A DNA stretch of 63,415 bases, counting the filler, from Pirum gemmata (lineage: Eukaryota): assembly GCA_002812295.1 (NCBI GenBank). It is 20 parts of 20 records of this genome, joined end to end, with 100 filler letters (N's around TTAATTAATTAA, not from the genome) between each part and the next. Parts side by side here need not be neighbours in the genome. Positions count along the whole stretch, not along the records: positions 60,469 to 63,415 come from PDIN01004080.1; 19 more parts are not named here. The stretch is one strand, 5' to 3'. The stretch's first letter is position 1; each line of letters opens with the position of its first letter. A program made the position numbers and the translations under genes. Below the pieces are notes generated by a model, which ran no database searches, was not told the DNA's origin, and saw nothing but the letters and a program-made list of their open reading frames with translations. This document shows positions 62,127-63,415 of the stretch, piece by piece.

Positions 62127-63009
62127 AATACATATATACGTGTACTCTTAACCTTTAACCCTACCCCTAACTCCTACATATATACGTGTACTCTTAACCT
62201 TTAACCCTACCCCTAACTCCTACCCCCTAGTTAGAACATGGTTCCTAGACCTAACCTATAGTATAACTAAGCATCAAACACTACCTAATTGTAACTAACC
62301 CTTTAATTAATGAAACTATAATTAATCTGACCCCTTATTAATAAATAAATGTATTATTAATATAATATAATATAAGGCTAATACTTATATACGTGTACTC
62401 TTAAAACCTTTAACCCTACCCTTAACTCTTACCCCCTAGTTAGAACATGGTTCTTAGACCTAACCTATAGCTATAACTAAGCATCTAACACTACCTAATT
62501 GTTACTTACCCTTTAATAAAACTATAATTAATCTGACCCCTTATTATTAATAATAAATAAATGTATTAATATTAATATTATTAATATAATAATATAAAGC
62601 TAATACATATACGTTTACTCTTAACCTTTGGTTCCTAGACCTAACCTATAGCTATAACTAAGTATCTAACACTACCTAATTGTTACTTACCCTTTAATGA
62701 AACTATAATTAATCTGACCCCTTATTATTAATAATAAATAAAATTTAATGTATTAATATTATTAATATAATAATATAAGACTAATATAATACATACGTTT
62801 ACTCTTAACCTTTAACCCTACCCCTAACTCCTACCCCCTAGTTAGAACATGGTTCCTAGACCAAGCTAGCCTATAGCTATAACTAAGCACACTGCCTAAT
62901 TGTAACTTACCCCTTAAAATGAAACTATAATTAATCTGACCCCTTATAAACCCCTAACCCTAACCCTAACCCTAACCCTAACAGTTCCCTAACCCTAACC
63001 CTAACCCCT
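62127..63009. repeat. Tandem repeat of about 200-220 bp (about 4 copies) followed by (CCCTAA)n; subtelomere-like
   Basis: ACGTGTACTCTTAACCTTT...GGTTCCTAGACCTAACCTATAG...ATAATTAATCTGACCCCTTAT recurs; telomeric tract at 62950-63009. Confidence 0.85.
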
Positions 63010-63415
63010 ATTTTAAAATTGAACCAGCAGCACTCCCCCCCCAACTACAGTTGAACTGAACAGTAGTCTCTTGATTTAGACTATTAGTATGATATGATAG
63101 AAAAGTGTTCACTTTTTTGCTACATTTTCAAGCTAGAGTACCGTATACTAGCTAGTAAGTCTTTTTATTACTCTTTATTTAGAAAAGTGTACTTTTTTAC
63201 TACATTTTATCTGTACATTTTATGATTTTTATCTGTACATTTTCTCAATTTTCTTGAGCCACCTTTCCAAAAATGGAGACCAAAGTAGTACCAAAAATCC
63301 AAAATCACCCAAAATCTCGAGTTTGAACAAGTTTTAATTTTCTAAGTTTGCCTGTTCTAAAAAAATTTATCCGGCTTGGTGGTTATTATCGTAAAAAAAA
63401 AAAAATAAAAAAAAA

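Noticed and set aside
1..63415. Gene-sized nanochromosomes (about 3-kb pieces with telomeric repeats)
   Set aside because: Uniform size is consistent with length-sorted contigs. Ends are mostly microsatellite breaks, several genes are truncated, and TTAGGG tracts are mainly internal.

Overview
Very AT-rich, intron-containing eukaryotic DNA. The window is not one locus: it is 20 unlinked scaffolds, mostly about 2.9 kb, joined by 19 artificial N44-TTAATTAATTAA-N44 spacers, so adjacency across spacers means nothing. Recognisable genes: an Agd3/CE18-like polysaccharide deacetylase, a secreted His-brace LPMO-like protein, an OST-alpha/TMEM184-like transporter, an ALMT/FUSC-like transporter, a secreted EEP-family enzyme, an ATF4-like bZIP factor, a proline-rich protein with an exact capping-protein-interaction (CPI) motif, a probable F-BAR fragment, a 21-aa-repeat LRR protein, the last exon of a Ras/Rap GTPase and a decayed LINE. 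Non-coding DNA is dense in microsatellites, short interstitial TTAGGG tracts, MITE families (some with clear target-site duplications) and palindromes. Most striking: (1) in the ATF4-like gene the first four AUGs are all in a long overlapping frame that does not reach the bZIP; (2) the OST-alpha gene appears to have its start codon split by an intron (AT|G), and that intron holds three abutting near-perfect hairpins; (3) an Agd3 homologue and an LPMO with an atypical axial residue occur in what looks like a non-fungal protist. The host might be a unicellular holozoan such as an ichthyosporean, but that is weak inference. All family calls come from motif recognition by eye; no database searches were run.
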